DNA of 64,000 nucleotides from an uncultured Prochlorococcus sp. GTDB taxonomy: Bacteria; Cyanobacteriota; Cyanobacteriia; PCC-6307; Cyanobiaceae. The notes under the pieces are model-generated. The model was not told where the DNA came from, made no database searches, and saw only the letters and a list, made by a program, of their open reading frames with translations. The DNA lies in NCBI RefSeq assembly GCF_902616385.1, contig NZ_CACMSM010000007.1, positions 5,869 through 69,868 of the forward strand, given 5' to 3'. Positions within the stretch are counted from its first letter, which is position 1; each line of letters begins with the position of its first letter. Positions 20,247-30,651 of this stretch are shown here, piece by piece. The position numbers and the translations under genes are program-made.

Positions 20247-21248
20247 TTAATTACTAAGCAGGGATACAATAGATAAAAATATTTGCATAGATTGCTGCTC
20301 AAATTCTACGGATAGTTGGGTCCTGGAAATTAATAACAAAAGACAAATGCCAAACATGTAGAGAATAGACCACCTAAAAAGAGACTTTGCTCTTGAAAGA
20401 TCATCAGGAGATTTCTTTAATTCATTTATTAATTGCAAAAGTCTTCCATTAAATGGCAATAACATAATTCCGTATAAGAGACCCCCTTCAGGTAAAGCAA
20501 AGACTCCCATAATACTCATTAAAACTGTTGCCCATCCGTAACGAGAAATCGCTTTAGCAGTAAAAACAGATCCTTTAACAGAAGGGAGCATAGGAATACC
20601 AACAGATGCGTAATCATCCTTCAACAAAATTGCAAGTGCCCAAAAATGAGCTGGGGTCCATAACATTACTAAACCAAACAACCACCAACCACTAAGACCT
20701 ACATGCCCTGTGGCAGCAGACGCTCCAACTAAGGGCGGTATCGCACCAGCAACTCCTCCGAAAACAATATTTTTTGTTGTACGAGGTTTCAAAATAACTG
20801 TATATAAAATTACGTAGCTAAATAAACCAAGAAGAGTTAAACCCGCTGCCAAATAATTTACACCACTTACTAAAAGCATCGAAGCTGCCAAAGTACATGA
20901 TACAGCCGCTAAAAATACAGTCTGAGATGACAACTTTCCTGCTGGCAAGGCTCTTTTACTAGTTCTTGTCATCCGCTTATCTAATTCCATTTCCCACAAG
21001 CAATTAAGAGCTCCTGCTGCTGCTGCTGCCAAAGCACCTCCTCCTAAAGTGCAGATAAGTTTAGGGGAAGACAAAGGCCATTCTTCTGTTAAAGCCATTC
21101 CTCCCAAAGTTGTAGCCAGTAATAGTGGGATTAATCTAGGTTTCGCTACTTCAAGCCAGGGCGGCAAAGTTAACTTTTTTCTTGAAGGTACAACTTCATC
21201 CCTAATTGAAGATTTATAGTTCAAGTTTTCTAAGTTACTACTGTTCAT
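20247..21248 (-). CDS. ctaB: protoheme IX farnesyltransferase (heme O synthase)
   Basis: UbiA-family polytopic protein ([13 protein letters not shown]). It has a 4-nt overlap with upstream ctaA. Confidence 0.9.
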   Translation of the reverse strand: MNSSNLENLNYKSSIRDEVVPSRKKLTLPPWLEVAKPRLIPLLLATTLGGMALTEEWPLSSPKLICTLGGGALAAAAAGALNCLWEMELDKRMTRTSKRALPAGKLSSQTVFLAAVSCTLAASMLLVSGVNYLAAGLTLLGLFSYVILYTVILKPRTTKNIVFGGVAGAIPPLVGASAATGHVGLSGWWLFGLVMLWTPAHFWALAILLKDDYASVGIPMLPSVKGSVFTAKAISRYGWATVLMSIMGVFALPEGGLLYGIMLLPFNGRLLQLINELKKSPDDLSRAKSLFRWSILYMFGICLLLLISRTQLSVEFEQQSMQIFLSIVSLLSN

Positions 21249-22219
21249 GAGTTGATACCGACCGTTTGGGGATTAAGGGATTGGTTTGGACCTTTTTTGG
21301 TAAAAGGATTTCTAAAAATTAATGTTGTTAATATCGCAATAAATAAAGAGGCGTTAAGTTGATGACCGATAATAAAAATAGGTTCATTTAAATTTGTTTT
21401 AAGACTTAAAACACCCAAAGTAATTTGGGAAAACAAGAGAAAAACAAGTGTTGTGAGATATTTCCAATTTTGATCAAGCAAACTTCTCTTATAAATTGCA
21501 ATAGCAATAATCAATAAAATTGAGAAAGCAATTGGAAAAGCAAATAATTTATGTGTATTTAAAATTAGACATTGTTTATTAAAAGATAAGCAAATATGCG
21601 CTGACCAGGTTGATGAAAGCCTTACGCCAATAAAAGATTGAATCAGAGTAAGTAAAAGAGGAACAAAAAACAATAATCTCCACCAAATTAAAGGTTCTTC
21701 AATGTCTTCATTTTCTAAATTTTGATTTATTGAAATTGTTGTAATGAGAAGTAGAAAAGCTATTAAGAGATGGCCAGTAACAGTATATGAATCAAGCAGG
21801 TTTATTACTGTTAAAGCTCCAAAGGATCCTTGGACAATAACGAGAAAAAGTAATAATGAATAAGTTTTAGGTAACCAATTTGGAATTTCATTTTTCCAAA
21901 TAATTGAAAGCGCAAATTCAAAAAGAATTAATATTCCAACCAGAAAAGCATCTAGACGATGAAACCACTCTAGAAATACTCTCAGGTTCATATGTTTAAA
22001 AGGCAAAAAAGATCCATAACATAATGGCCAATCTGGACAGGCAAGTCCTGCCTCCATGACTCTCGTAGCACCTCCAATTACGATAAGTGCGATAAGTGCA
22101 AATACACTATGACTTCCCAACCTTTTAAAAATTGTCAGATATTTTGATTTATATAATTGGTTATTAATCAAATGGATAAAACCTATTATTTTGCATAATA
22201 AATTAGATTCAAAAACCAA
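21245..22219 (-). CDS. ctaA: heme A synthase (COX15/CtaA)
   Basis: Polytopic protein with [21 protein letters not shown] and conserved His residues. The start codon is uncertain (TTG in the ORF track). Confidence 0.82.
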   Translation of the reverse strand: MVFESNLLCKIIGFIHLINNQLYKSKYLTIFKRLGSHSVFALIALIVIGGATRVMEAGLACPDWPLCYGSFLPFKHMNLRVFLEWFHRLDAFLVGILILFEFALSIIWKNEIPNWLPKTYSLLLFLVIVQGSFGALTVINLLDSYTVTGHLLIAFLLLITTISINQNLENEDIEEPLIWWRLLFFVPLLLTLIQSFIGVRLSSTWSAHICLSFNKQCLILNTHKLFAFPIAFSILLIIAIAIYKRSLLDQNWKYLTTLVFLLFSQITLGVLSLKTNLNEPIFIIGHQLNASLFIAILTTLIFRNPFTKKGPNQSLNPQTVGINS

Positions 22220-22434
22220 ACATTAATTAAAAATTAATATGTTTAATTTAAAAAATAATTTACTAATTTAATCTATTTTCCCTGACAATTAACTCTAAAA
22301 AGTTATTAATAATACGTCTTTTATTTCGTAAATCTTAAGAAGTTGTGAATTTAAATGTTTTTCTTTTAACAAAGGATGCAGGATTAAAAAAATTGAATAT
22401 CTTGAGAATATAAATACATATTTTTAGAGATCAA

Positions 22435-23238
22435 TTGTTAAATAAAAACACTTATTTAATACTAATTATTTCACTTGTTTTTGCTATATCTTTTTGGATT
22501 GGTTTTAATGTAAATTTGCTCCCAACGGAAGCAAGTATTAATGCACCAATTTACGATGAACTTTTTAAAATTCTGTTCATTATTGGATTAATTATTTTTA
22601 TAGGAATGACAATAGCTGTTATTTATAGCTTATTTAGGTTTAGGAAAAGAAATGATCAGATAGGTGATGGTATAGCTTTAGAAGGAAATTTAAGCTTAGA
22701 AATTGTATGGACAATTATTCCTTCAATAATTGTTTTGTTAATAGGTTTATATAGCTACAACATCTACGATCGAATGGGAGGGATGAAAGAACTAAATCAT
22801 AACCACGAAATGATGAGTTCTAATTCTGAAAAAATATGGGCTGGAATAAGTCAAACTTCTGATAATGAAATAGCAATAAATAATTTATCAATTGAAGTTT
22901 CAGCTATGCAATTTGCATTTCTATTCAATTATCCGAAGGGCAATTTCATATCAGGAGAACTACACGTTCCTGTTGATCAAAAAGTATCAATGAAAATGGA
23001 ATCCAAAGATGTCATTCATGCTTTTTGGGTGCCAGAGTTCAGAATTAAACAGGATATTATTCCTGGGCAACCTACTATTCTAAATTTCACTCCTACAAAA
23101 GTAGGAAAATATCCGATAATTTGCGCAGAATTATGTGGTCCATATCATGGAGGAATGAGAGCCTCCATAATTGTTGAAGAAGAATCTGATTACAACGAAT
23201 GGTTTAACAAAAATAAAAAACCAGAGGTAAATTTATGA
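22435..23238 (+). CDS. ctaC: cytochrome c oxidase subunit II
   Basis: Two N-terminal TM helices, DVIHAFWVPEF, and the CuA site CAELCGPYHGGM. Confidence 0.92.
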   Translation: MLNKNTYLILIISLVFAISFWIGFNVNLLPTEASINAPIYDELFKILFIIGLIIFIGMTIAVIYSLFRFRKRNDQIGDGIALEGNLSLEIVWTIIPSIIVLLIGLYSYNIYDRMGGMKELNHNHEMMSSNSEKIWAGISQTSDNEIAINNLSIEVSAMQFAFLFNYPKGNFISGELHVPVDQKVSMKMESKDVIHAFWVPEFRIKQDIIPGQPTILNFTPTKVGKYPIICAELCGPYHGGMRASIIVEEESDYNEWFNKNKKPEVNL

Positions 23239-24860
23239 CAATATCAATTGATCCACAAAAAACTAGTAATGAAAGCCTTCAACCTAAAGGCTGGCTTAGA
23301 TACTTTAGTTTTAGCCTTGATCATAAAGTAATTGGGATACAATACTTGGTTTGTGGTTTTCTCTTCTATTTAATAGGAGGAAGCTTAGCGAGCGCTATAA
23401 GAATTGAACTAGCCAGTCCAATGTCTGATTTTATGCCAAGAGATGTTTATAACCAAGTTTTAACTTTACACGGAACAATAATGATATTCCTTTGGATAGT
23501 GCCTGTAGTTAACGGTGCTTTTGGGAATTATTTAATTCCATTTTATGTAGGTGCGAGAGATATGGCATTTCCAAGATTAAATGCAGTAGCTTTTTGGCTA
23601 ATTCCTCCTTCAGGTTTGATGTTGGTAGCAAGCTATTTTGTTGAGGGTGCTGCTCAGGCTGGATGGACGGCTTATCCACCTTTGAGCATAACTACCCCTC
23701 AATCGGGACAAATTATTTGGATTCTGAGCGTTTTATTACTTGGAGGCAGTTCTATATTTGGTGGAATAAACTTTATCGCGACCATTATCAAATTAAGAAG
23801 GCCGGGATTAAAACTTATGCAATTGCCAATGTATTGTTGGGCAATGCTTGGAACTAGTCTATTAGTTGTTTTATCAACTCCCGTTTTAGCAGGCACTTTA
23901 ATTCTACTTAGCTTCGATATTATTGCTAATACAGGGTTTTTCAATCCTGTTTTAGGTGGCAATGTCGTAGTTTATCAGCATTTATTTTGGTTTTATTCTC
24001 ATCCAGCTGTATACATTATGGTCCTTCCTGCTTTTGGTTTAGTTAGTGAAATACTTCCTGTACATGCTAGAAAACCACTTTTTGGATATACAACAATGGT
24101 TTTTTCAATAATGGGGATAGTAGTTTTAGGTTTAGTTGTTTGGGCGCATCACATGTTTACGAGTGGAACGCCCCCTTGGATGAGATTGTTCTTTACTATT
24201 GCCACGGCATTTATTGCTGTTCCAACAGGTATAAAATTTTTCAATTGGGTTGCAACATTATGGGGAGGTAAAATTTCCATCAACAGTGCAATGTTATTCT
24301 CTTGCGGATTTATTATAAATTTTGTTTTTGGAGGTATTACAGGAGTTGCTTTGGCACAGGTACCTTTCGATATTCACGTACATGATACCTATTTTGTTGT
24401 AGCCCATTTTCATTACATAGTTTATGGAGGAACTGTCTTTATTATTTTCTCTTCGATATATCACTGGTTCCCTAAAGTAACTGGGAAAATGCTTAATGAA
24501 AAATTAGGAATTTTGCATTTTATCATTACTTTTATTGGATTTAACTTGTGCTTTGCTCCTCAACATTGGCTCGGTTTAAATGGAATGCCGAGAAGAGTTG
24601 CAGAATATGATCCTCAATTCCAGTTCGTTAATCAAATTAGTAGTCTTGGGGCTCTCTTGATGGCTATAAGTACAATTCCTTTTTTACTTAATGTTTTCCT
24701 TAGTGCGAGAAATGGGAAAGCTGCTGGAGACAACCCTTGGAATGCTCTTACACCTGAATGGTTAACATCTTCTCCGCCACCAGTTGAAAATTGGGAAGGA
24801 GAAGCTCCATTAGTTGAAGAACCATATGGTTATGGTAAACATTTTTCTGAACAAAAATAA
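23235..24860 (+). CDS. ctaD: cytochrome c oxidase subunit I
   Basis: 541 aa with LFWFYSHPAVY and HHMF motifs. Confidence 0.97.
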   Translation: MTISIDPQKTSNESLQPKGWLRYFSFSLDHKVIGIQYLVCGFLFYLIGGSLASAIRIELASPMSDFMPRDVYNQVLTLHGTIMIFLWIVPVVNGAFGNYLIPFYVGARDMAFPRLNAVAFWLIPPSGLMLVASYFVEGAAQAGWTAYPPLSITTPQSGQIIWILSVLLLGGSSIFGGINFIATIIKLRRPGLKLMQLPMYCWAMLGTSLLVVLSTPVLAGTLILLSFDIIANTGFFNPVLGGNVVVYQHLFWFYSHPAVYIMVLPAFGLVSEILPVHARKPLFGYTTMVFSIMGIVVLGLVVWAHHMFTSGTPPWMRLFFTIATAFIAVPTGIKFFNWVATLWGGKISINSAMLFSCGFIINFVFGGITGVALAQVPFDIHVHDTYFVVAHFHYIVYGGTVFIIFSSIYHWFPKVTGKMLNEKLGILHFIITFIGFNLCFAPQHWLGLNGMPRRVAEYDPQFQFVNQISSLGALLMAISTIPFLLNVFLSARNGKAAGDNPWNALTPEWLTSSPPPVENWEGEAPLVEEPYGYGKHFSEQK

Positions 24861-24865
24861 AATAT

Positions 24866-25468
24866 ATGACAACTCTAGATAGCTCAAAAGAAATTCAAAA
24901 AAATAATTCTGAAATTAATGAAACACATGAAGATTTCAGAATGTTTGGTCTTATAACTTTCTTAATTGCAGACGGAATGACTTTTGCTGGATTCTTCGCT
25001 GCTTACTTAACTTATAAAGCCGTGAATCCATTGCCGGATGGAGCTATCTATGAATTAGAACTCCCAATACCTACACTCAATACAATTTTATTACTTGTTA
25101 GTAGTGCAACATTTCACAAAGCAGGAAAAGCACTTTTAAAAGATAAAAACCCTGAATCCCAAAAATGGTTGTTTTTTACCGCTTTCCTTGGAATTATATT
25201 TTTAATATGTCAATTATTTGAATATTTTCATTTACCTTTTGGGTTAACCGATAATTTATTTGCAAGTACTTTTTATGCTCTTACTGGTTTTCATGGATTA
25301 CATGTCACTTTAGGCACTTTAATGATTTTAATTATTGCTTGGCAATCGAGAATGAATGGTGGAAGAATCACTAGTCAAAATATGTTTCCATTAGAAGCTG
25401 TTGAGTTGTACTGGCATTTTGTAGATGGAATTTGGGTTGTATTATTTATTATTTTGTATCTTTTATGA
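24866..25468 (+). CDS. ctaE: cytochrome c oxidase subunit III
   Basis: 200 aa with GFHGLHV and YWHFVD motifs. Confidence 0.95.
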   Translation: MTTLDSSKEIQKNNSEINETHEDFRMFGLITFLIADGMTFAGFFAAYLTYKAVNPLPDGAIYELELPIPTLNTILLLVSSATFHKAGKALLKDKNPESQKWLFFTAFLGIIFLICQLFEYFHLPFGLTDNLFASTFYALTGFHGLHVTLGTLMILIIAWQSRMNGGRITSQNMFPLEAVELYWHFVDGIWVVLFIILYLL

Positions 25469-25566
25469 GAAATATAAATTTAAAAAATTAAATATATTTT
25501 TTATTAACTTTTATTGCCACAGTTCTCTTTTTTAGTAAGAATATATAGTTAGGAATTTGTGCGATA

Positions 25567-25920
25567 ATGCTGGAAGGAAAAGAACTTCTTGAGAAATCAA
25601 AATTATTAAGTAAACAATCTGAAGATGAGATAGCCAAAGGCTGTGGTTACGTTGGTCCAAGCGGAAGAATCTTAAAAAAAAGTTTCTATAGAGCGCTTAT
25701 CGAAGCAAGAGGTTACAAAATAGGCAATGGTCGTCAGGGGAAAAATGGTAATAGAGCTTCAAGAGGCAGACAAGTAGAATTCAAAACTAAAGTTCATGGA
25801 AATGGGAACTTATTAATTGGTCATGCCTACACCAAAAAATTAGGTCTTGAACCTGGTCAGGAATTTAAAATTGATCTAAAAAAAGAGTCAAAAACAATTT
25901 ATCTGATTCCATTAAATTAA
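25567..25920 (+). CDS. cyanobacterial AbrB-like (cyAbrB) DNA-binding protein
   Basis: 117 aa with a C-terminal SpoVT/AbrB-like segment (GNGNLLIGHAYTKKLGLEPGQEFKI). Confidence 0.7.
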   Translation: MLEGKELLEKSKLLSKQSEDEIAKGCGYVGPSGRILKKSFYRALIEARGYKIGNGRQGKNGNRASRGRQVEFKTKVHGNGNLLIGHAYTKKLGLEPGQEFKIDLKKESKTIYLIPLN

Positions 25921-25930
25921 AAAATATATT

Positions 25931-26584
25931 TTACCAACCGTTTTCTTTAAGCCACTCTGAAGAAATATTATTTGAAGAAAAATCTTCTTTACTATTTTTA
26001 TTAAAGAAAAGTAATTTCTCTACATATTTGATTAGTGCATCTGCCTCAAGATTTACGTTATCACCAACATTTAATTTATTTAGATTTGTATTATTCCAAG
26101 TATGAGGAATAATCGCAATAGTAAATATTGCTCCTTCCTGCTCATATTTTGCAATCGTAAGACTTATACCATTTACACAAATACTACCTTTATTAACTAC
26201 ATATTTTGAAAAATTATTATTTTTCCACTTTATTGATAAGAGCCAAGATTTCTCTAATTTTTCTATATTCTCAACTATTCCAAGGCCATCAACATGTCCG
26301 CTGACTATATGCCCTCCTAGACGGTCAGACACCCTAAGAGCGGGCTCCAAGTTAACAATCTGATTCAGGTTCGACTTTACTCCTAAAGTTGTTTTTTTTA
26401 ATGTCTCCTCACTAACATCAACAGTAAATATATTTTGAAAAATCTCTTTAACTGTCAAACAAATTCCATCAACAGCTATGCTGTCACCAATTGCCATATC
26501 AAATAAATTATCTAGAATTTCAATTTCTAAAATATTTTTTTCTTGTCTTAGTTTTCCAACTGATTGAATTATTCCTGTAAACAT
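25931..26584 (-). CDS. ribE: riboflavin synthase alpha chain
   Basis: MFTGIIQSVG N-terminus and an internal duplication (GDSIAVDGICLTV / GSICVNGISLTI). Confidence 0.92.
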   Translation of the reverse strand: MFTGIIQSVGKLRQEKNILEIEILDNLFDMAIGDSIAVDGICLTVKEIFQNIFTVDVSEETLKKTTLGVKSNLNQIVNLEPALRVSDRLGGHIVSGHVDGLGIVENIEKLEKSWLLSIKWKNNNFSKYVVNKGSICVNGISLTIAKYEQEGAIFTIAIIPHTWNNTNLNKLNVGDNVNLEADALIKYVEKLLFFNKNSKEDFSSNNISSEWLKENGW

Positions 26585-26694
26585 AGTTCAAAAAAATATA
26601 TTTGCAAAATTTTGTATTTACTTTAATTTACTTTAAATCATTTTCAACTATAAATAAATTAAAGATCAAATAAAAAGAAATTGATCATATTTAG

Positions 26695-27837
26695 ATGATT
26701 ATTAATTCACAAAAAAGATCATTTGGTAGAGGGGCGAAAGTGAGCTTATTCACTTTGGGGACAATGCGAGCAACTGAAAGTCTCGAAAAAATGTATAGCA
26801 TAATTAAAAATGCATATTATGTAGGAATTAACCACATAGAAACAGCACCCTCTTATGGTGATGCTGAATCACTTATTGGAAATTCAATAAAAAAATTAGC
26901 AATAGAAGAAAATATAAAAGAAAAAAATTGGGTGATTACTTCCAAAGTTTTACCAAAGGGTGATTTTGACTTTTTAAAAAATAATTTTAAAAAGTCTCTT
27001 AAAAATTTAAAACGCGAAAAAATTAATAATCTTGCAATTCACGGGCTCAACTTAAAACAACATCTAGATTGGGTTCTTTCTGGAGAGGGTAAGAAATTCA
27101 TTTCTTGGATACTTGAGAAGCAACTAGTTGATCAAGTCGGTTTTAGTTCTCACGGAAGTTATTCACTAATTAAAGATGCAATTAACTGTGAAGTTTTTAC
27201 TTTTTGTAGTCTTCATTTACATTATTTAGATCAATCTAAGATTGCTTTAGCAGAGGAAGCTATAAAAAAAGGTATGGGAGTTTTAGCAATATCACCTGCA
27301 GATAAAGGCGGTAGATTGTATTCTCCAAGTGATATTTTGATAGAGGCCTCTAAGCCTTTTCATCCATTAGAATTAGCGTATCGATTTCTTCTCGCAAAAG
27401 GCATTACAACTTTATCCTTGGGGGCGACAAACAAAAAAGATTTTGAATTTGCGCATAAACTTAGAAACTCATTCGAGAAGCTTACAAAACATGAAAAAAG
27501 CGCCCTTAATAAAATTGAGGAAGTTTCTAATGAAAGATTAAACTCAACCAAATGTGAACAATGTAGATCTTGTCTTCCATGTCCAAATGAAGTGCCTATT
27601 CCAGAAATACTTCGTTTAAGAAATATATCTATTGGTTATGGCCAATTAGAATTTGCAAAAGAAAGATACAATTTAATAGGAAAAGCTGGCCACTGGTGGG
27701 AAGAAAAAAATTCCTCATTTTGTCAAGACTGTAATAAATGTGTTCCTAAATGTCCTAGTAAATTAAATATACCAAATTTATTAAAGGAAACTCATAACTT
27801 ATTAATTGAAAATCCTACAAAAAGATTATGGGGATAA
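26695..27837 (+). CDS. aldo/keto reductase fused to a C-terminal Cys-rich Fe-S-type domain
   Basis: AKR-like N-terminus (GINHIETAPSYGDAE). The C-terminus carries CEQCRSCLPCP and CQDCNKCVPKCP motifs. Confidence 0.75.
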   Translation: MIINSQKRSFGRGAKVSLFTLGTMRATESLEKMYSIIKNAYYVGINHIETAPSYGDAESLIGNSIKKLAIEENIKEKNWVITSKVLPKGDFDFLKNNFKKSLKNLKREKINNLAIHGLNLKQHLDWVLSGEGKKFISWILEKQLVDQVGFSSHGSYSLIKDAINCEVFTFCSLHLHYLDQSKIALAEEAIKKGMGVLAISPADKGGRLYSPSDILIEASKPFHPLELAYRFLLAKGITTLSLGATNKKDFEFAHKLRNSFEKLTKHEKSALNKIEEVSNERLNSTKCEQCRSCLPCPNEVPIPEILRLRNISIGYGQLEFAKERYNLIGKAGHWWEEKNSSFCQDCNKCVPKCPSKLNIPNLLKETHNLLIENPTKRLWG

Positions 27838-28824
27838 GGACTCATTCCAGATATTTATAAGATTTATTTTTTCTTCATTTGTTAAGACAGGGAAAGACCA
27901 ACTATTTTCCCAACATTTCTCAGAAGGTCCTGAGATGGGGAGCATTTCAGTTTTATATTTGCTTTGCAAATAATCACTATTGAATGGAAGATACCAACCC
28001 TGGCTTACTAATTTATCTACTATTGATTTATTTTCTAAAGATTTAATCCATTTCATTAATATTGCATTATTTAGATTTGATCGACTAAGTAGAAAATGCC
28101 ACATCAAAGGTACCCCTTGGCTAGGGAAAACTAAAGAAAGCCTTGGATCTATTTTTAAATATTTTGAACAAAGACTATAAGGAACTATTGCGACAATAGC
28201 ATCAGAATTAATCAACCAATTGAGCATATTTTTATCATCAAATAACATAGCTTGGCTTTTGAGTTTTTTTAAAGAATTAGATAAATTAATTTTTTGAGCA
28301 ATTGAAAATATTATTCTGGGACTTTGAGGGAAAATAATTTTCCCAGTTAATTTTTCAGAAAGAAGAAAATCCCAAGATGTTCTTGCTGAAGTTATTAATT
28401 CTTTATTATTTTTAATGATGATTGTATAGGGTACTACGCCAATAGGAAATAATTTACGCCTTATATTTTGATTAAAGCTTCCCAAATAATCTATCGATCT
28501 CTTATCCAAATTTTCGAACATTGCATATTCATTTATTTTTTCAAATTCTGAAAAATCTATACTAGAGATCCACCCATCATTTATTAAAGTAAAGTCAGAA
28601 TTGAAAATTGTGTTTCTATTTTTTTGTAGATGAATATTTTCAAAATTAATTTTTTCCTGCTTCCAATCTTTTGGAATCGTATCTTTAAAAGATTCTGGAT
28701 AAAAAGAATTTTGTAATGCAATTTTTACTTTATTAGGTAAATTACTGCAAGAGTTTAAGAAAAATAAAAGCGAAAGCTTACCACAATTTAAAAATTCTCT
28801 TCTGGTTGCAAATTTTGAAAACAT
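27826..28824 (-). CDS. hypothetical lipoprotein with Tat-like signal, periplasmic-binding-protein-like
   Basis: N-terminus ATRREFLNCGKLSLLFFLNSCS combines an RR motif with a lipobox Cys. 332 aa. The fold call is weak. Confidence 0.5.
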   Translation of the reverse strand: MFSKFATRREFLNCGKLSLLFFLNSCSNLPNKVKIALQNSFYPESFKDTIPKDWKQEKINFENIHLQKNRNTIFNSDFTLINDGWISSIDFSEFEKINEYAMFENLDKRSIDYLGSFNQNIRRKLFPIGVVPYTIIIKNNKELITSARTSWDFLLSEKLTGKIIFPQSPRIIFSIAQKINLSNSLKKLKSQAMLFDDKNMLNWLINSDAIVAIVPYSLCSKYLKIDPRLSLVFPSQGVPLMWHFLLSRSNLNNAILMKWIKSLENKSIVDKLVSQGWYLPFNSDYLQSKYKTEMLPISGPSEKCWENSWSFPVLTNEEKINLINIWNESLSP

Positions 28825-29982
28825 TCAGCAATCCTTCTCTAAAGAAATTTGACCTAGGCCCTTCATCATTTCCAGATTTTGTTGACACAATGAAACTATT
28901 TCTTCATTTTTAAATCCATCTAAGAAAGCAAGCAATGATATTCCACCAGCACCTACACCTTCTTTTACATGACCTAATTCATAATCCCTCAATTCTTTGT
29001 ATTTTGAAGATTTGAAATTTAAAGGACTGGCTAAACCTAATAATTTGACATCATATTTTTCATTAATTAGATTTACTAAATCATTTAGAGAATTATCTCT
29101 CACAAGCCACCCAGTTGTCGCAATAAAAACATCTTCAATAAATTCATCTTTATTTTTTTCACCTAAAAATTCTAATACAAGCAAAATGACTGCTAACATC
29201 TGACTTCCTCCAGACAATATTACAGGTTGTTTTGCTAACCTGGCACCTATTAATAGACCCATTGAGAAAGCTTGGAAAGGATCACCTACTGCCGCGACAA
29301 CATCAAAAGAGTCGGGATCAGCCTTGAAATTCGCATTTAAAAGTCCTCTTTTAATTACTTGTCTTCTTAGTTCTCTTGGAGCTTTAAATAAACTACTCCC
29401 TACTAAATTAGATACCTGCAAACCAAAAGCTTCCATTACTGCCTGAGCAGTTGTAGTGCCTCCCGGTACAGATTCAGAAATTAAAACTGGCTGTTTTAAG
29501 GATTTTCCTATCGCAAGACCTTTTTCATAGAGATTTAAAACTCTCTCTTTAGTCATCGATTTACCAGTAGTAAGACAATTTGATGGGCCCAAATTTCTAT
29601 CTTCTACAACCAAATGCTTAAAATAAGGCTTTGCTCCTATTCCCAGAGGAACAATAACTGGATAAGTATTTATAAGCTTTGAACAAACATGACTGATTAG
29701 GGCAGGAGTAACTCCTGCATTGAGAAGAGGCAATTTATATTTATGATCTTTTGAAGCACCCTCAAGCAAAAATTCAGCATCTGCGAGCGCAGTTGTTCTC
29801 CTCGATTTTGGATTAATACCTGCTGCGGAAATTCCTGGAATTTGAGATGTATTAGTTCCAGCAATTACGAGAAATATTTTTAAATTTTTAATATTCTTTT
29901 TCAGTATTTCTATCTTATTGAGTTGTCTTTTTTTGTTGGATTCATTACCAAAAAAATTAATCCCTAATTCTGTACTGTACAT
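28825..29982 (-). CDS. CobT-like nicotinate-nucleotide--base phosphoribosyltransferase homologue (UPF0284 family)
   Basis: TNTSQIPGISAAG and ESVPGGTTTA motifs. ATG 29982 is preferred over the TTG at 30009 used in the ORF track. Confidence 0.78.
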   Translation of the reverse strand: MYSTELGINFFGNESNKKRQLNKIEILKKNIKNLKIFLVIAGTNTSQIPGISAAGINPKSRRTTALADAEFLLEGASKDHKYKLPLLNAGVTPALISHVCSKLINTYPVIVPLGIGAKPYFKHLVVEDRNLGPSNCLTTGKSMTKERVLNLYEKGLAIGKSLKQPVLISESVPGGTTTAQAVMEAFGLQVSNLVGSSLFKAPRELRRQVIKRGLLNANFKADPDSFDVVAAVGDPFQAFSMGLLIGARLAKQPVILSGGSQMLAVILLVLEFLGEKNKDEFIEDVFIATTGWLVRDNSLNDLVNLINEKYDVKLLGLASPLNFKSSKYKELRDYELGHVKEGVGAGGISLLAFLDGFKNEEIVSLCQQNLEMMKGLGQISLEKDC

Positions 29983-29992
29983 TCTTACTTTT

Positions 29993-30631
29993 TTAATTAT
30001 TAAAATCAACTAAGCTATTCAACAATCTTGGAGGATCTGGGATGGTTAATTTAAATCTAGGGAACAGAGAATAGGCAACTACATGTACAGTTAAAACATA
30101 AACTATTTCTTGAAAAATTATTAATAAAATTGCACCTAGTTGTATACTCAAAATTGAGGGATATAGAGGTAAATTAAATAATCCAATTAACTTTTCTATT
30201 AGACCATAACTCGCCCTAGTAATTAACACCCAAAGATTATCTCCAACCAACGTAGATAATGCTATTACTCTTATTAAGAAGCCAAGGGTTCCAATAACAA
30301 CTCCCCCAGTTAAACTAAGTTTCCAACTCTTTTCTTTAAACCAACACCAACCCAACCAAAAAGCCAAAATCCCATAAGGAAATAAAAATAAAGTTCCTCT
30401 AACAGGACCCATAATTATGAATAAAAGTAGAAATTGTATTAAAAGTCCTTCCAATGCAATTTTAGTTCCTCTTCTCAAGTGCAACAAGATCATTGGGAGG
30501 GGTAAAATCAACCTTAATAAAGCTCCCCCAATTGGTAGATAATATAATGCAACCCATAATAAAGACGAAAGAGATGCTAAATAAGATGTCTCGACAATAT
30601 TTAATGCTTCAGTTTTTGTTGTTATTTTCAT
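29993..30631 (-). CDS. polytopic membrane protein (DUF2232-like)
   Basis: 212 aa with five to six TM helices. Sits directly upstream of the CobT-like gene. Confidence 0.55.
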   Translation of the reverse strand: MKITTKTEALNIVETSYLASLSSLLWVALYYLPIGGALLRLILPLPMILLHLRRGTKIALEGLLIQFLLLFIIMGPVRGTLFLFPYGILAFWLGWCWFKEKSWKLSLTGGVVIGTLGFLIRVIALSTLVGDNLWVLITRASYGLIEKLIGLFNLPLYPSILSIQLGAILLIIFQEIVYVLTVHVVAYSLFPRFKLTIPDPPRLLNSLVDFNN

Positions 30632-30651
30632 TTTTTGTTGAATATTTTTAA

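Noticed and set aside
21011-21040. (GCT)n / (AGC)n trinucleotide runs here and at 34451-34470 and 61901-61920, and a (CT)n run at 33181-33200
   Set aside because: These are short poly-Ala or RERER-coding stretches inside conserved genes (ctaB, ndhB, cysK, topA). They are too short and unrelated to one another to be a repeat family.
22220-22434. Divergent ctaAB / ctaCDE control region: looked for NtcA, LexA or DnaA-type boxes and small ORFs
   Set aside because: Only AT-rich sequence with trivial ORFs of 3 to 10 codons. I could not defend any recognisable operator motif by eye.
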